From contig NC_042999.1 of the NCBI RefSeq assembly GCF_006345805.1, positions 16,740,001 to 16,804,000 of the forward strand: 64,000 nt of DNA, in the 5' to 3' direction. Positions 28,440 through 41,626 of the stretch are shown piece after piece; positions within the stretch are counted from its first letter, which is position 1, and the number at the start of each line of letters is the position of its first letter. The translations under genes were made by a program, and so were the position numbers. The notes under the pieces are model-generated. The model searched no databases and was not told the origin of the DNA. It was given only the letters and a program-made list of their open reading frames with translations. Source of the DNA: Octopus sinensis. Its lineage: Eukaryota.

Positions 28440-28850
28440 TACTCAAGCTTATTTCTACTCTAGGCACAATGCCTTGAACATTTTGGGGGAATGGGGATAG
28501 TCTATTACATCGACCCTAGTGCGGAACTTGTACTTATTTCATCAATCACAAAAGGATGAAAGGCTAAGTCGACCTCGGCGGAAATTGAACTCAGAACGTA
28601 GCGGCAGACGTAATACCTGTTTCTTTACTGCCCACAAGGGGCTAAACATAGAGGGGACAAACAAGGACAGACAAACGGATTAAGTCGATTCTATCGACCC
28701 CAGTGCGCAACTGGTACTTAATTTATCGATCCCGAAAGGATGAAAGGCAAAGACGACCTCGGCGGAATCTGAACTCAGAACGTAACGGCAGACGAAATAC
28801 GGCTACGCATTTCGCCCTGCGTGCTAACGATTCTACCAGCTCGCCGCCTT
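28440..28850 (-). mobile_element. SINE family 2 dimer
   Basis: Junction aaagaaaca|ggtattacgtctgcc on the minus strand near 28617. Confidence 0.82.
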
Positions 28851-29499
28851 TCGTATTGCTTAGATTCTGCGCAAAATACTCTTTATGTTACATCCTACAA
28901 TTTAAATGGACGGGAACATATTAAATCATGAATCATTGGATAAAGCATATATATAAAACGAAAGAAGACAAAAAATATATCTCTGTGGGAATATCTTTTG
29001 ATCACAAGATCATTTTATTAGAGTTGACTTGGGGCTAAACACCGAAAACAAGTGACGAACTGAAAACCAACCGGCCTCGGAAATAGACATGTACATTAAT
29101 CTATATTATAATGTTTACAGTATTTGAGATTCTTTCTTCAGACAGATGTCAACGAGGTCAATTGATTATTTAATGTTATTAGCATCCAATTCTTAATATT
29201 TACGTAGTCGATATTATTTCAATCTATGTGAGCGAACCAAAGTTTGTTTAACGTTTTAGAATTTAGATAATGAAAAATCGCAGATATCTTTCAATTACTT
29301 GTTTTCGAGGAAGGTAAAAGAAGAAACATGCAAAAAACAGAAATGTTTAAAATTCATTGTGACTTTTGTTGTTGTTATTGGTGTTGTTGTGAATGTTACT
29401 GCTTGTAACTAAACTCTAGTGGTCTGCAGTGTTGAATAAGGCGCGTATAGTTTGAAGCCCGATGCGGTAGTAATGGTTAATATATGATGGTTAAGATAA

Positions 29500-29890
29500 A
29501 CAGGAATAGTTTCTTATTTCTTTATTGCTCACAAGGGGCTAAACACAGAGGAGGAAAACAAAGGGATTAAGTCGATTACGTCGACCCAGTGCGTAACTGG
29601 TACTTAATTTATCGACGCCGAAAGGATGCAAGGCAAGTGGACCTCGGCGCAATTTGAACTCAGAACATAACGGCAGACGAAATACCTATTTCTTTACTAC
29701 TCAGAAGAGGCTAAACACAGAGGGGACAAACAAGAACAAACGCACGGATTAAGTCGATTACATCGACCACAGTGCGTAACTAGTACTTATTTAATGGACC
29801 CCGGAAGGATGAAAGGCAAAGTCGACCTCGGCGGAATTTGAACTCTGAATGTAACGGCAGTCGAAATACCGCTAAGCATTTCGTCCGGCT
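29500..29890 (-). mobile_element. SINE family 2 dimer
   Basis: Junction aaagaaata|ggtatttcgtctgcc on the minus strand near 29686. Confidence 0.8.
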
Positions 29891-30246
29891 ATAGTAGAAG
29901 ACGCTTGCAGAAGATGCCACGCAGTGGGAATGAATCTAGAAGCATGTGGCTGGTAAGCAACTGTTGACTACGTTTACTTTCATTTTGCTTTTTAACTTGT
30001 GTCCTGTTCTGGAAGTATAACGGTTAGGCTTTCTATCCTGTATCACTAGTATCCTGCTTTTGTCTTGGTACACTGTGTTCAGGGTCGGATGGCTTAGTTG
30101 TTGGTGTGTTGCACTCAGGATCGCGAGAACGTAGTTTCAATTCCTGGATGCGATTTCTTTTCCCATTCGAGTTCCGGACCTCAGTTATGAACTCATATGC
30201 ATACAGCCAATCAGAGCTCAATTATCAAAACTAATTTATGAGCGCA

Positions 30247-30773
30247 CTAGCAGCATAACCCGGCATTGCCCGGGTATGTAAGAGCCCCTGGAGCAGACAT
30301 GATGCTCGCTGTGAATTTTTAAAAAGTTCCTGCCAATTTGTGAAAGATATTGTCGAAAATATGTCATCTTGAATTTGAACGCGATTTCCCAAAATGGCAT
30401 GATTTTATCGATTTTTTTCTGATGGTAAGGTATTGCATGGAAAACTAATGACAGAATTAAGTTTCTTAGGGTAACATTAAGCTTCACCATGAGTTTGGTG
30501 AAAATCGATTGCAAGTTGCGAAAACTACAACAGAAAATGTGTTGCAAATAAAAAGCTTAGATTCTCGACCCCATGTCGAATTCATCCATTATTTTCAGAA
30601 CTGGAGGAACTTTTCAAAATTTTCGCTGCGTTAGTTTTGAATTATGGCATTGGGCTATGTATGTGTCAAGTTTCATCAGAATCGGTTGAAAGCCGTGGTC
30701 AGGGTGAGGGTACAACCTGAGAGATACACAGACACACAGACAGACAAACTGCCATTTATATATAGAGAGAAGA
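30247..30773 (-). mobile_element. Non-autonomous Helitron
   Basis: 5' TC after A, 3' hairpin cccgggcaatgccggg and CTAG before T, no TSD. The first ~210 bp match 57595-57805. Confidence 0.88.
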
Positions 30774-31684
30774 TAACTGATGGGCGATAAGATGAGGTCA
30801 CTTGCATAAGGAATGGCCGTGCTTCTTTTCTCTTTTAAGAATGCTTGTTGTTCTGGTTCTTTTTCCAACCATGGCTGCCTCTGCGTAGTTATTTGTGTTG
30901 TTCTTTATTTTGTAAAACAGTAAGAGGAGAAGGTTGCTAGCATATCACCCTATACCCACATTTTTCCCATCCACATCTTAACCATATGGGGCCCTTAGAA
31001 AATCCGATAATATGTATATATGCAAATCTATCTAATTACTTGTCGCCTATTAAAAAATCCGGCATAACTTGGCGATCGGTCGTATTACAACACCGTTCTT
31101 CGTCTTGAGTTTACTTGGTAGAGTGTGTTTGTTTACTTGACAACAAAGTCACAGTTAGCTCTGATTGACTGTACGCAAATGAGTTCATTGCTGGGGTCTG
31201 GAAGTCTCGTGGGAAAAACTTTCGCTTCCCGGACTGAGTGGCGCGTTGTGTTCTTGAACAAAACAAACACTCCATCTCACTTTGTTCCCCCATCACATCG
31301 ACACTTCACTCGTGGTACAGCGTGCGCCGGTTCACGAAACGTGGAGACACTCAGATAATGTACCACACATACATGTAGTCACTATAAACAAATCATTTGT
31401 GCTGGTCGTGTGTGTGTATGCATATGTGTCTATGTGTGAGTATATATATGTATGCATATATGTGTGTGTGCGTAAGTCTGTACATATATATATTATATGT
31501 ATATAAATTAGAGAAGAACCACTATTTAGCAGTTCAACAATGATATAATTAAATTGTGGAATGGCTACATGGTGGTTCTTTTCTAATTTATTTACATATA
31601 TATTGTGAAATTTGATTTAGTATTACTAAACTGAATTTTTCCCTATAAGTTTGGAATCATATTCGCAAATATTATTATTATTAC

Positions 31685-31753
<69 letters not shown>

Positions 31754-33799
31754 CATCATTATATCCCTGCATAAATCAGGTTATAATGATGGCCACACAG
31801 TACTAATACTGCTTCTGCCGCTTATAAGTGACTAATATAGATACGTACCTGCATACATACACGGATACATGCATACCAAATGCACGCACAAATGTATATT
31901 TAATCGGTATGTATATCAATGCATAGGTATTAATATATCTGTATACAGATCTACATGTGTGTGTCTCTGTGTGGTTACTTGTAACGATGTGAGTGTGTGT
32001 ATACGTGTTGATGTGAATCTATATGTATTTTTCTAGATATCAATATTACTATTACTAAACATGGGATATGTATGTTTGTTAATAAAATATCATTCAAATA
32101 ATTTCATTGGTAAATTTAAAACATCAATTATAACTCTCAGTTACTGTATCTAACATATCTGCATTTTGAATGAGCAGTCTTCAGAGTTACTTTCTCTTAT
32201 TTGATCAATATTAATTATCTATATCTTTGAGTTTGTATGGCCGAGTTATATATTTTATGATTAAATTACTTTGAAGTAAACAAAATCAACACTTTTGAAA
32301 ACATTCCAAAATTCTACATCGATACGATCGTAATAGACCTAGATTATTTCTTGCTGCTTTTCCATTTCCATCATTATGTAGAACAGTGACTGGTTTATGC
32401 CAGCATATTCTGGCATGCTTGCGGACGCACACACACATACACACTCACACACACACACATACACACACACACACACACGTACACATACGTACACACACAC
32501 ACGTGGAAGAAAATATTCAGCTTTCAGCTATCTCTTCATGTATGAATATATAGAAATATATTTATACATACATACATACATACACACATATATAAATACA
32601 CACACACATATATATATATACATACATATATATATTTACGTATATGCACCTATGTATATGTGTATACACACATGCACACACATACATATATATAAACATA
32701 TTTATCTATGTATAAGCATATATAAGTATATTATTATTATTATTATTATTATTGTAAGGCGGCGAGCTGGCAGGATCAATAGCATGCTGGACAAAATGTC
32801 TAGCGGCATTTTCGTACGTCTTCACGTTCTGATTTTAACTTCCTCCGAGATCGACCTTGCCTTTCATCCTTTCGGGTTCGATAAAATAAGTACCAGCTGA
32901 ACACTGGGGTCATTGTAATCGACTCATCCCCTCCCCAGAATTGTTGCCCTTATAGCAAAATTTGAAGCCGTTTTTATTATCATAGTAAGGTGGCGATCTG
33001 GCCGGATTGATAGTATGCCAGACAAAATGACAGTCGGCATTTTCGTCCCACTTGACGTTCTGAGTTTAACTTCCACCGAAGTAGAGTTTGCATTTTATTC
33101 TTTCGCAGTGGAGATGATGAAATCCACTATTCCGCTACCCCAAAATTGTAGGCCTAAAACCTGTAATAGAAAAGAGTACTGTTATAATGTTGATGACGAT
33201 GATGATGACGGCGTATATAATGATAATGTAAAGCACCAGACAAAATACTTATCGGTATTTCGTCCGTCTATGTTCCCAGCTTAAATATCTATCACATATC
33301 TACTGGGATTGTGCCTATAGTTATTATTATCATATTTATTATTATTATTAATATTATTATTATTATTATCATTATCCTCCACCTCCTCATCATCATTCTC
33401 ATGATCATCACATTTTCATCGACAAGGCAGACGCTTCATATCGCACGTGTTCTGGTTGAAAAAATTCTCTTGTAAAAACTTTTGCACTACGGTGTTATGA
33501 AACTGACCAGAATTCTAAGGAACTGTTCAAACCTGATTCGTTTTATCCTTTCGTAATAACAAGCATTCATTAAAAAGAAAACAGTACATGGCTTTAGAAC
33601 TGGAAAACGCGAGCATGGCTGTTGGAGCTACGTCTAAAACCAGGAATTGTTATTCCACCTCCACTCCCAAGCCCGTTTAGGAACTCAACACGTAGCCGTA
33701 ATGAGAGTAGACACATCAATATCAGGAGCACTCAGAGAACAGAAACCTCCACTAAGGCAACACCAATGTCCTCTCAACGATTAGCCAGAGATAATTTTT

Positions 33800-34075
33800 A
33801 AAATGAGAATATCTGAAATAAACACGACTTCTCTCACAAACGAGAATACTAAAAAGGAACCCGACCGCTCTCAAAAATTAAGTAAAAAGAAAAACCGGAA
33901 AAATAATTCAGAATCATTGTCCGGTACCGCATCGATCCCGAAATCTAATCAGTTCGCGTTACAAGGCCAAACATACGTGAAAGTTTCATCCGAATCAATC
34001 CAATGGTTCTTGAGATATCTTGTCCACGGACAAACAAACAAACACGATTGCAAAAAATACCTCTGCCTTCGCCAA
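33800..34075 (-). mobile_element. Helentron-associated (HINE/DINE-like) remnant
   Basis: ggcgaaggcagaggtatt, (gttt)n, gatatctcaagaacc...gatgaaacttt layout resembles DINE-1-like non-autonomous elements (recall only). Confidence 0.45.
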
Positions 34076-34436
34076 ACATGTAGTGTCTAATGCCTCATAT
34101 TGTGATTCATGTCCTACACTACTCCACATATTACAATGCAAATATATATAGCGGGAGGTAAACCTGACAATTACAGCCCGCATTTTAGATGCGTTTTCAG
34201 TTTTAAAGGCACAGCAAGTTGCGCCAGTGATTCTGTGTTTTTCAAGTGTAATATTTTCTCTCGATATATCCGGAAGGGTTTTCTGTGCTGCTTGACTCGA
34301 GGGAAGAATTAATCCGCTTTTGTCTTTCCTTAAGCAGTAATATTGAAGTTTACTTTTTACCTTCTCCTAGATAATCACTATGTCAACGAAATGCAGTAAG
34401 GATTTACAATAATATTCAAGCTACATTTTTCCCTCT

Positions 34437-34935
34437 GTGGAGGCGCATGGCTTAGTGGTTAGAGTGTCAGCATCATCATCGTAAGATTGTGGTTTCGATT
34501 CCTGAACTAGGCGACGCGTTGTGTTCTTGAGCCAAATATTTCATTTCACGTTGCTCCAGTCCACTCAGATGGCAAAAAGGAGTAACGCTGCGATGGACTG
34601 ACATTCCGTCCAGCTGGCGAACACATACGCCATAGAAACCGGGAAACCGGGGCCATGAGCCTGGCTATGCTTTAAAAGGGCGCAAGTGGAGGCGCGTGGC
34701 TTCGTGGTTAGGGTGTCAGCATCATAATCGAAAGATTGTGGTTTCGATTCCTGGACCGGGTGACGCCTTGTGTTCTTGAACAAAACACTTCATTTCACGT
34801 TGATCCAGTCCGCTCAGGTGGCAAAAAGGAGTAACGCTGCGATTGACTGGCGTCCCGTCGAGCCGGGGAATACATACGCCATTGAAACCGGGAAACCGGA
34901 CCCATGAGTCTGGCTAGGCTTTAAAAGGCCGCATT
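34437..34935 (+). mobile_element. Head-to-tail dimer of tRNA-headed SINE family 4
   Basis: Two ~245 bp units (34437-34683, 34687-34935), each with A-box tggcttagtgg or tggcttcgtgg, B-box ggtttcgattcc and a ctgcgat(g/t)gactg.c.t.ccgtc block. Confidence 0.85.
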
Positions 34936-35292
34936 TATTTTTTTTATTTATATTTTCCCTGTAGCTCTGATAGTTCCCCAAAATTCTGTCCTCAGATAGT
35001 GTTGCGCGAAGCTTAGTATTTACATAGCCGTTATATGATCGGATCGTGGTTGTTGGAATGATGATGATGATGACGATAACGATGACGACGATAACTTCGT
35101 GATTTTGATTGATGACGACGACGACGACGACGGCAGCGATAGCATGTATTTGATTCTTGAAGCAAAAGAAACCAAAAATTATACTGAAGAACAAAATACA
35201 AAGCGAGTGGAATATAATAAATATGCCGCCCAGTAATGTCAAACGTACAGAACGGCTTAATAGAATAAGCTCCTAAAAACGTCTAAGCTAAA

Positions 35293-35393
<101 letters not shown>

Positions 35394-35939
35394 TTTTTGT
35401 GTAATTTAGGAATAAATGAAACACAACATATTTGAATTAATATCGGTGTTTTCTCAGGAAAAGTTGGCGACGCAGTTTTGTAATGTACTGAATGATTTAA
35501 AGGATGAAATGTGTTTTTGAAATTCTTGTATAATGAAAACATTTCATCAGATAAATAAGCAGATGGTTCTCAAAACATTATCGGTAAATTAAAATATCAG
35601 ACTTGTGTTCACTGCTTAACTTTAAAGCGTGGGCTGACTTGCTTTGAGTGACGTAAAACAATAAATGGTTTTACGTCTTAGGAATAAAAGCAATGATGCA
35701 TTGAATACGTAATCTTTACGTTTGCCTCTGTAAGAGATTGGTTTCATATTTTAGCACAAGGCCAGCAATTTAAGGAGGGACGATAAGTTGAGTACATCGG
35801 CCGCAGTGTTCAACTGGTACTAATTTTATATATCCCGAAAGGATTAAAGGCAATGTCGATAAAATTTGAACTCAGAATTTAAATGCGGACGAAATGACGT
35901 GCAACCGATCCTGCTAGCTCGCAGCGTTATGCCTCAGTA

Positions 35940-36375
35940 AGATATTCTTTCTGCTGGAAGCGCAAAGCCTTAAATTTGGTGAGAGGAGACATATCGATTA
36001 CATCGACCCCAATTTTTCACTGATACTTAATTTATCGACCCCAAACGGAAGAAAAGTAAATCAACCTCGGCGGAATTTGAACTCAGAACGTAGCGACGGG
36101 CTAAATACCGCCAAGCATTTTACCCGTTGTGCTAATGTATCGTATTTCTTTACTACCCACAAGGGGCTTCACACACAGGGGACAAACAAGGACAGACAAA
36201 CGGAGTAAGTCGAATACATCGATCCCAGTGCTTAACTAGTACTTATTTAATCGACCCCGAAAGGATGAAAGGCACAGTCGATCTCGGCGGGATTTGAACT
36301 CAGAACGTAGCGACGGGCTCTAAATACCGCCAAGCATTTTATCCGTTGTGCTAATGATTCTACCAGCTCGCTGGG
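35940..36375 (-). mobile_element. SINE family 2 dimer (second junction type)
   Basis: Junction aaagaaatacgatacattagcac on the minus strand near 36135. Confidence 0.78.
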
Positions 36376-36598
36376 TTATACCGCTGTAAGATATTAAGAA
36401 ATATTTTCATATTTAGATAAAAAGAATCTCACATCATATAATACTGTACTCGTATGCATGAAAAAATAGTTATTATGGGAAATCTTAACAATATATAGGA
36501 AGTTTGAAAAACATATGAAATTATACATACCTACGTACATACATACATTTACACACACACACATATATATGCATACGTATATGTATACGTTCATATAT

Positions 36599-36642
<44 letters not shown>

Positions 36643-37639
36643 ATCGCTCTCTCTTTCCCTCTCTCTCTCTCTCTCTCTGTATATATATATGTATGTATAG
36701 AGTATTTGGAGTGGTCTACAGATATTGTATACTGAGAAAATGAAGGCAGTCAGAATTCTGAATAATTCTTTATTAGTGCCTTTGTTCGTTTATCGAACTC
36801 GTCAAGACAAAATCAAAATCAAAATGGTAAAAGCCGAATGTTTGGTTGTCCATTTATATGAACCGAATGCTGTTTTGTTTAGTTTAGAAAAGGAGAAAAA
36901 TGCTTTTGTTTTTCTCGGAAAAGGTCGAAAGAGAAAATGTATATATAATTTTTTCATTCTTTCATTTTTAAATGTTTTTCCCTTTATATTTTTCCCATAT
37001 ATATTTTTTCCATGCATTTTTCATATCTTATCATATCTTTATTCGTATTTTACGTGTAACATTCACCTGAATTTTTGTCATTCGTATTAGTTTCCATTCG
37101 TTTCTTAATCATCCTCTTCATTTGGATATGTATATCTTTTTCATTTTCATATTTATAATTTTATATTTTCTTATCATTAGTATATATTTTTCCTCATTCT
37201 TATATATTTTCTCATTCATGTATATTTTTTATTTATATATACATTTTTAGGCGCAATTCACATTTAATTCTTAATTAATTATGGCTTTAACTGCAGGGTT
37301 CAATGAATTTATTTACATATCTATGTTTTGACATACTACGAATTTATTTATACATCTGTATAGTTTGATACACCTTTATATATAATGATAGATAAAATTA
37401 TAAACGGGGGATAGGTGGACTTGAAGATTGGGGTTGTATATAAGGGGAGATTCTGTAAAAGTGCGCGTGTCTCAAGAAACTCATGAAGCACGTGTAGTCG
37501 ACAACTTTGAACATGAATAGTAAGTATTAAATATAATATTCTTTGACATGGCTGAATTTATATTCTGATGTGATGAATCTTATGAGGTTTGCTGTCTCTA
37601 CTGATACTTTGTGCTATATATATATATATATTATTTTTC

Positions 37640-37830
37640 CCGCCGTCTTCCCTTCCTTGGATCTTTCCTTTTCCTATGTTTCTGACGAAGAGCTCCACTC
37701 GAAACGTTAAATCCTTCTTCTTTCTTTCCTTTCCTGAGCGTCCAATAACACTATACTTGGTCCACGTCTTCGCGTTGTTGTGTTTTCTCTTTGTCTTTTC
37801 ATATTTGGATTAAGTTTAACTATATATATA
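37640..37830 (+). mobile_element. Penelope-like terminal repeat with minimal hammerhead (37677-37712)
   Basis: gttt-CTGACGA-agagctccactc-GAAA-cgtta-aat with palindromic stem III (aacgtt). Homologous to 63810-64000(-) and 367-540(-). Confidence 0.7.
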
Positions 37831-38375
37831 CTTTATAATTAGTGTTCAGCAAAGATTTGCTTCACCACATACCGAAGTTTAGGAATAGCAGTCAAAAAAT
37901 CTTAGCTATTCCTTCTACTTTAAAGGGGCTCCCAGAAAGCCAGAGTACTTGAAAACAATCTACGCAGGCAAAGGGGAAAAATAACGAAAATCAATCGATA
38001 TTAGGTTACCCACGTACGGGCGTTTCGGAATTAGATCGGCATAAAGAATAAATAATTATACCTTACCCGACCATTTTCGACTCATCAGCGTGGGATTCCT
38101 CAAATATCAATTATTAAATATTAAATTCGAAGGCACTGGAATATATCTCTCCACCTAACGGTATCAGACGGATCATATTCAGTGCTAGTGCCGCCAAATT
38201 CAAAATACGAATGAGAGTTCATCACCTTCCTCTGCCCATTAGCGTGTCGCCAAATCTTTGCTGAACCCTAATTATAAAGTATTACTTAAGCTTACTATGA
38301 AATGGTCTTTTTCATGCCGAATTCTACTTGGTGAAGTTACTGATTACTTCTAAATTAATTGATTTTACCCTTTGT
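37830..38375. mobile_element. Penelope-like inverted pair: minus arm with hammerhead, plus-strand tail
   Basis: Inverted ~30 bp block tactttataattag(t/g)gttcagcaaagatttg at ~37830 and ~38252-38283. Tail homologous to the 11350 and 23045 elements. Confidence 0.7.
38009..38094 (-). ncRNA. Type-I hammerhead ribozyme motif with long stem II
   Basis: cccacg-CTGATGA-(gtcg..ggtcgggtaagg..ctttatgccgatc..ttcc)-GAAA-cgcccgt-A-cgtggg: 6 bp stem I, GUA triplet. Confidence 0.72.
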
Positions 38376-38410
<35 letters not shown>

Positions 38411-39006
38411 TGTATATTAAAGAAATATAACCCAAAATAATTTATACTCAAGAATTAAATAGTAGACATCAATATAATTAAGTTATACAAGTGCAGGAAA
38501 ATATGCTTATAGAATCAGTGATGAAGTAAATAAATAGCTACATATTTCTCACATTCTCTGCCTGTCTGTCTGTCTGTCTCTCTCTCTCTAAAAGAATAGG
38601 TATAACTCGTGAATATATACATTCCGTGCATTTTACTTATAGTTTTCACTACAACTCACCAATCGCGAAGATCGTTTCTTCTAAGTTATTCACTATATAT
38701 ATATATCTATATATATACATATATATATATTCTCTACCTGTTTCTTCTCCTCCCTCCGACTTACGCATTTTCTTTTTCTGGGTCTCTTCAATGGCAAAGA
38801 ATCAAAATAATATTATATATATTACATATATATATATACGCATACACACGCGCACGCGCACACACGCACGCGCACGCGCACAATCACACATACTCACACA
38901 CATACATACGCACACACGTTACATGGTTTTATGTACATATATCTCCATATCTCTACATGTTTCTTCCCCTCCCTCTCTTCCTCCCACTCTTTCACACTGT
39001 TTCTCA

Positions 39007-39072
<66 letters not shown>

Positions 39073-40206
39073 ATATTTCGGAATGGTCATTTTGCCAGTT
39101 TAGCCAATAATATATATATATGTGTGTGTGTGTGTATGTGTGTGTGCGTGTGTGTGTGTGTGCATTACTTCATCAATACAGTCGCATATATCTATCTATA
39201 TATCGGTGTCCTGCGATGGTTTTTGTCACAGACCGTGCGCAGTGCTTCGTTCTAATAAAACCAGTGAAATACCTAAACATAAAACACGGTCCTCTTCCAC
39301 TAGATATGCACTGCTAGCTTATTAACATGACATATCTTCATACAGCGTGGTAACAGTAATAACATTATTCCTAAAAAAAGAAGGACTCATATTTCTGTAA
39401 CCGAACAGTATTTCAGATGAACACTGATAAATCCTGTCCTATAACTTGCACACATCTCCTTGTATAAAAAGCAAGCAAATACTGCAACGTAAGCAGCCTC
39501 AGGAGCTTCACCTGACTTAACCTTTGATTGTATGTACTTTATTAGATTGCATAAGAAATTGTGATTAGATAATATCATGACACTCAGAAAATACAATTAT
39601 TATGAACAAAATCACTTTCCTTTCACGTATGTTCAGAGTTATATACAAGTAAATTATCGCCATAAAACGAACAGAAAAAAAAAAATTGTGTTAGTAGAAT
39701 ACAGCACGCATACGCTACCTCTGCTTCTGTTGGAATATGTGGCATCTCCCAGTGCTACATATTATTACACTTAGCGCTAGTTTCACTTAGTGTTCTCTCA
39801 GAACTGTCATAATATTTGGTACAAAGGAAAGGAAAAGAAAAATTCCCGGTAGAATCCATCGTTATCACTGACTTGGTGTTCGTCATAAATTAACCCTCTT
39901 TATAGATGTGCAGCACAAAACATGTATATATATATATATATATATATGCAGCGTAACCATAATATATATGAGCATACATATATGCATACATATGTATGTA
40001 TGTATGTATGTATACACATATATATTATTTATGTATATATATATATATATAGATGTATATACACACATATATATACAAATATATATATACATATGTAAAT
40101 ATAAATATATATATATACATATATAAATATATAAATACGTACGTACATACATACATACAATTATACATACACATACATACATATCTATCTATCTATATAT
40201 ATATAT

Positions 40207-40574
40207 GGGGGGAAGGGTGGAGAGATATGCACTGATATACATCTGGAAAATACTGGAGGGTCTTGTCCCGAATTTTGGCATTAAAAGTTACCCCAACAGG
40301 AGAACGGGGTGCCATTGCATGGAGCCAAAGATCCCAACACCACCATTAAAATACAGGACCAGATATTGCAACAGCTTAGGTTTCAGGGGACCACATCTCT
40401 TCAACATCCTTCCTAAATGGAAATACAGATGCGGGCAGCGGCGTCAAACTCCCTTGTTGACCAAGTGCCACGTATCAGAGGTGGTTTCACATACTAGTGT
40501 AGCTCATTCAACGGTGGTGCCCCAGCATGGCCGCAGCTTTCGAGCTGAAACATTTTTAAGGATTTAAGGATTTA
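40207..40574 (+). mobile_element. CR1/L2-type LINE 3' end with internal deletion
   Basis: ERYALIYIWKILEGLVPNFG...FRGPHLFNILPK, then QMRAAASNSLVDQVPRIRGGFTY*. 3' UTR ggtgccccagcatggccgcagctttcgagctgaaaca and (tttaagga)n tail. Confidence 0.88.
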
Positions 40575-40736
40575 CATATATATATTTAATATTTTTGGAG
40601 TAATGCGTTGAAGTCATGAGTAGAGCACTGTTTGGGTTACCTGGTGCCAGGCACTGTCGGGATGTGTTTCCGTTTGAACAAATTCACGAATTCCCTAGTG
40701 TTAGTTGATATAATAACAACAATAATAATAATAATA

Positions 40737-40783
<47 letters not shown>

Positions 40784-40788
<5 letters not shown>

Positions 40789-41418
40789 TGCCTAAGTAAC
40801 GAGAATATGGATTTGGTATTAATCTTTATTCTATACAACGGTCCTTCCGACCCATCCTAATACTTTCCCGTATGGGTGGAACTCTTTTCAACAAATTCTG
40901 TTGTATCAATTTTGCACTCTGGGTCTCATGAGGGATATCTGTACATAAGGGTTTGTGCCTCTCTAAAGATCCCCAGTTTTGACTGTCACGTGGTTATATG
41001 TCCATCCTTTTAGGGATTGAAGCATCACTACAATATTCTATTACTTCTAACTTTTTTCAATAAGAACTGTAAACTCTTGTAAATATAGACAAACGATTTT
41101 TTTTATCGATAATCGTTTGTCTATAATTACAAGAGTTTGTAACTTTTATTGAAAAAAAAGATAATAGTAATAGAATATCGTAGTGGTGCTTCATTCCCTA
41201 ACCAGAAGGGTATATAACAACATGACAGCCAAAACTGGGGATCTTTAGCGAGACACAAACCTTTTTGCATAGATGTCCCTGATGAGACCCAGACAGCGAA
41301 ACTGATACAAAACATGTTGAAAGGAGTCCCACCCATAAGAGACAGTACCATGATGGGTCGAAAGGACCGTTGTATAAAATAAAGGTTAATACCAATTCCA
41401 TCTTTCCGTTACTTGAGC

Positions 41419-41424
<6 letters not shown>
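40784..41424. repeat. ~640 bp diverged palindrome (foldback element)
   Basis: ~315 bp arms matching along their length (roughly 80% by eye), ~12 nt centre. The right arm carries ctgatgagacccagacagcgaaac. Confidence 0.85.
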
Positions 41425-41465
<41 letters not shown>

Positions 41466-41466
41466 A

Positions 41467-41518
<52 letters not shown>

Positions 41519-41584
41519 TATATATGTACACAGACACACAGACACATATATCTGTATATGTAAGTACATATATGTATGAGTAAT

Positions 41585-41626
<42 letters not shown>

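Noticed and set aside
25956-29890. CRISPR-like or satellite array
   Set aside because: The repeats are ~190-220 bp SINE monomers with no unique spacers, in eukaryotic DNA without cas genes.
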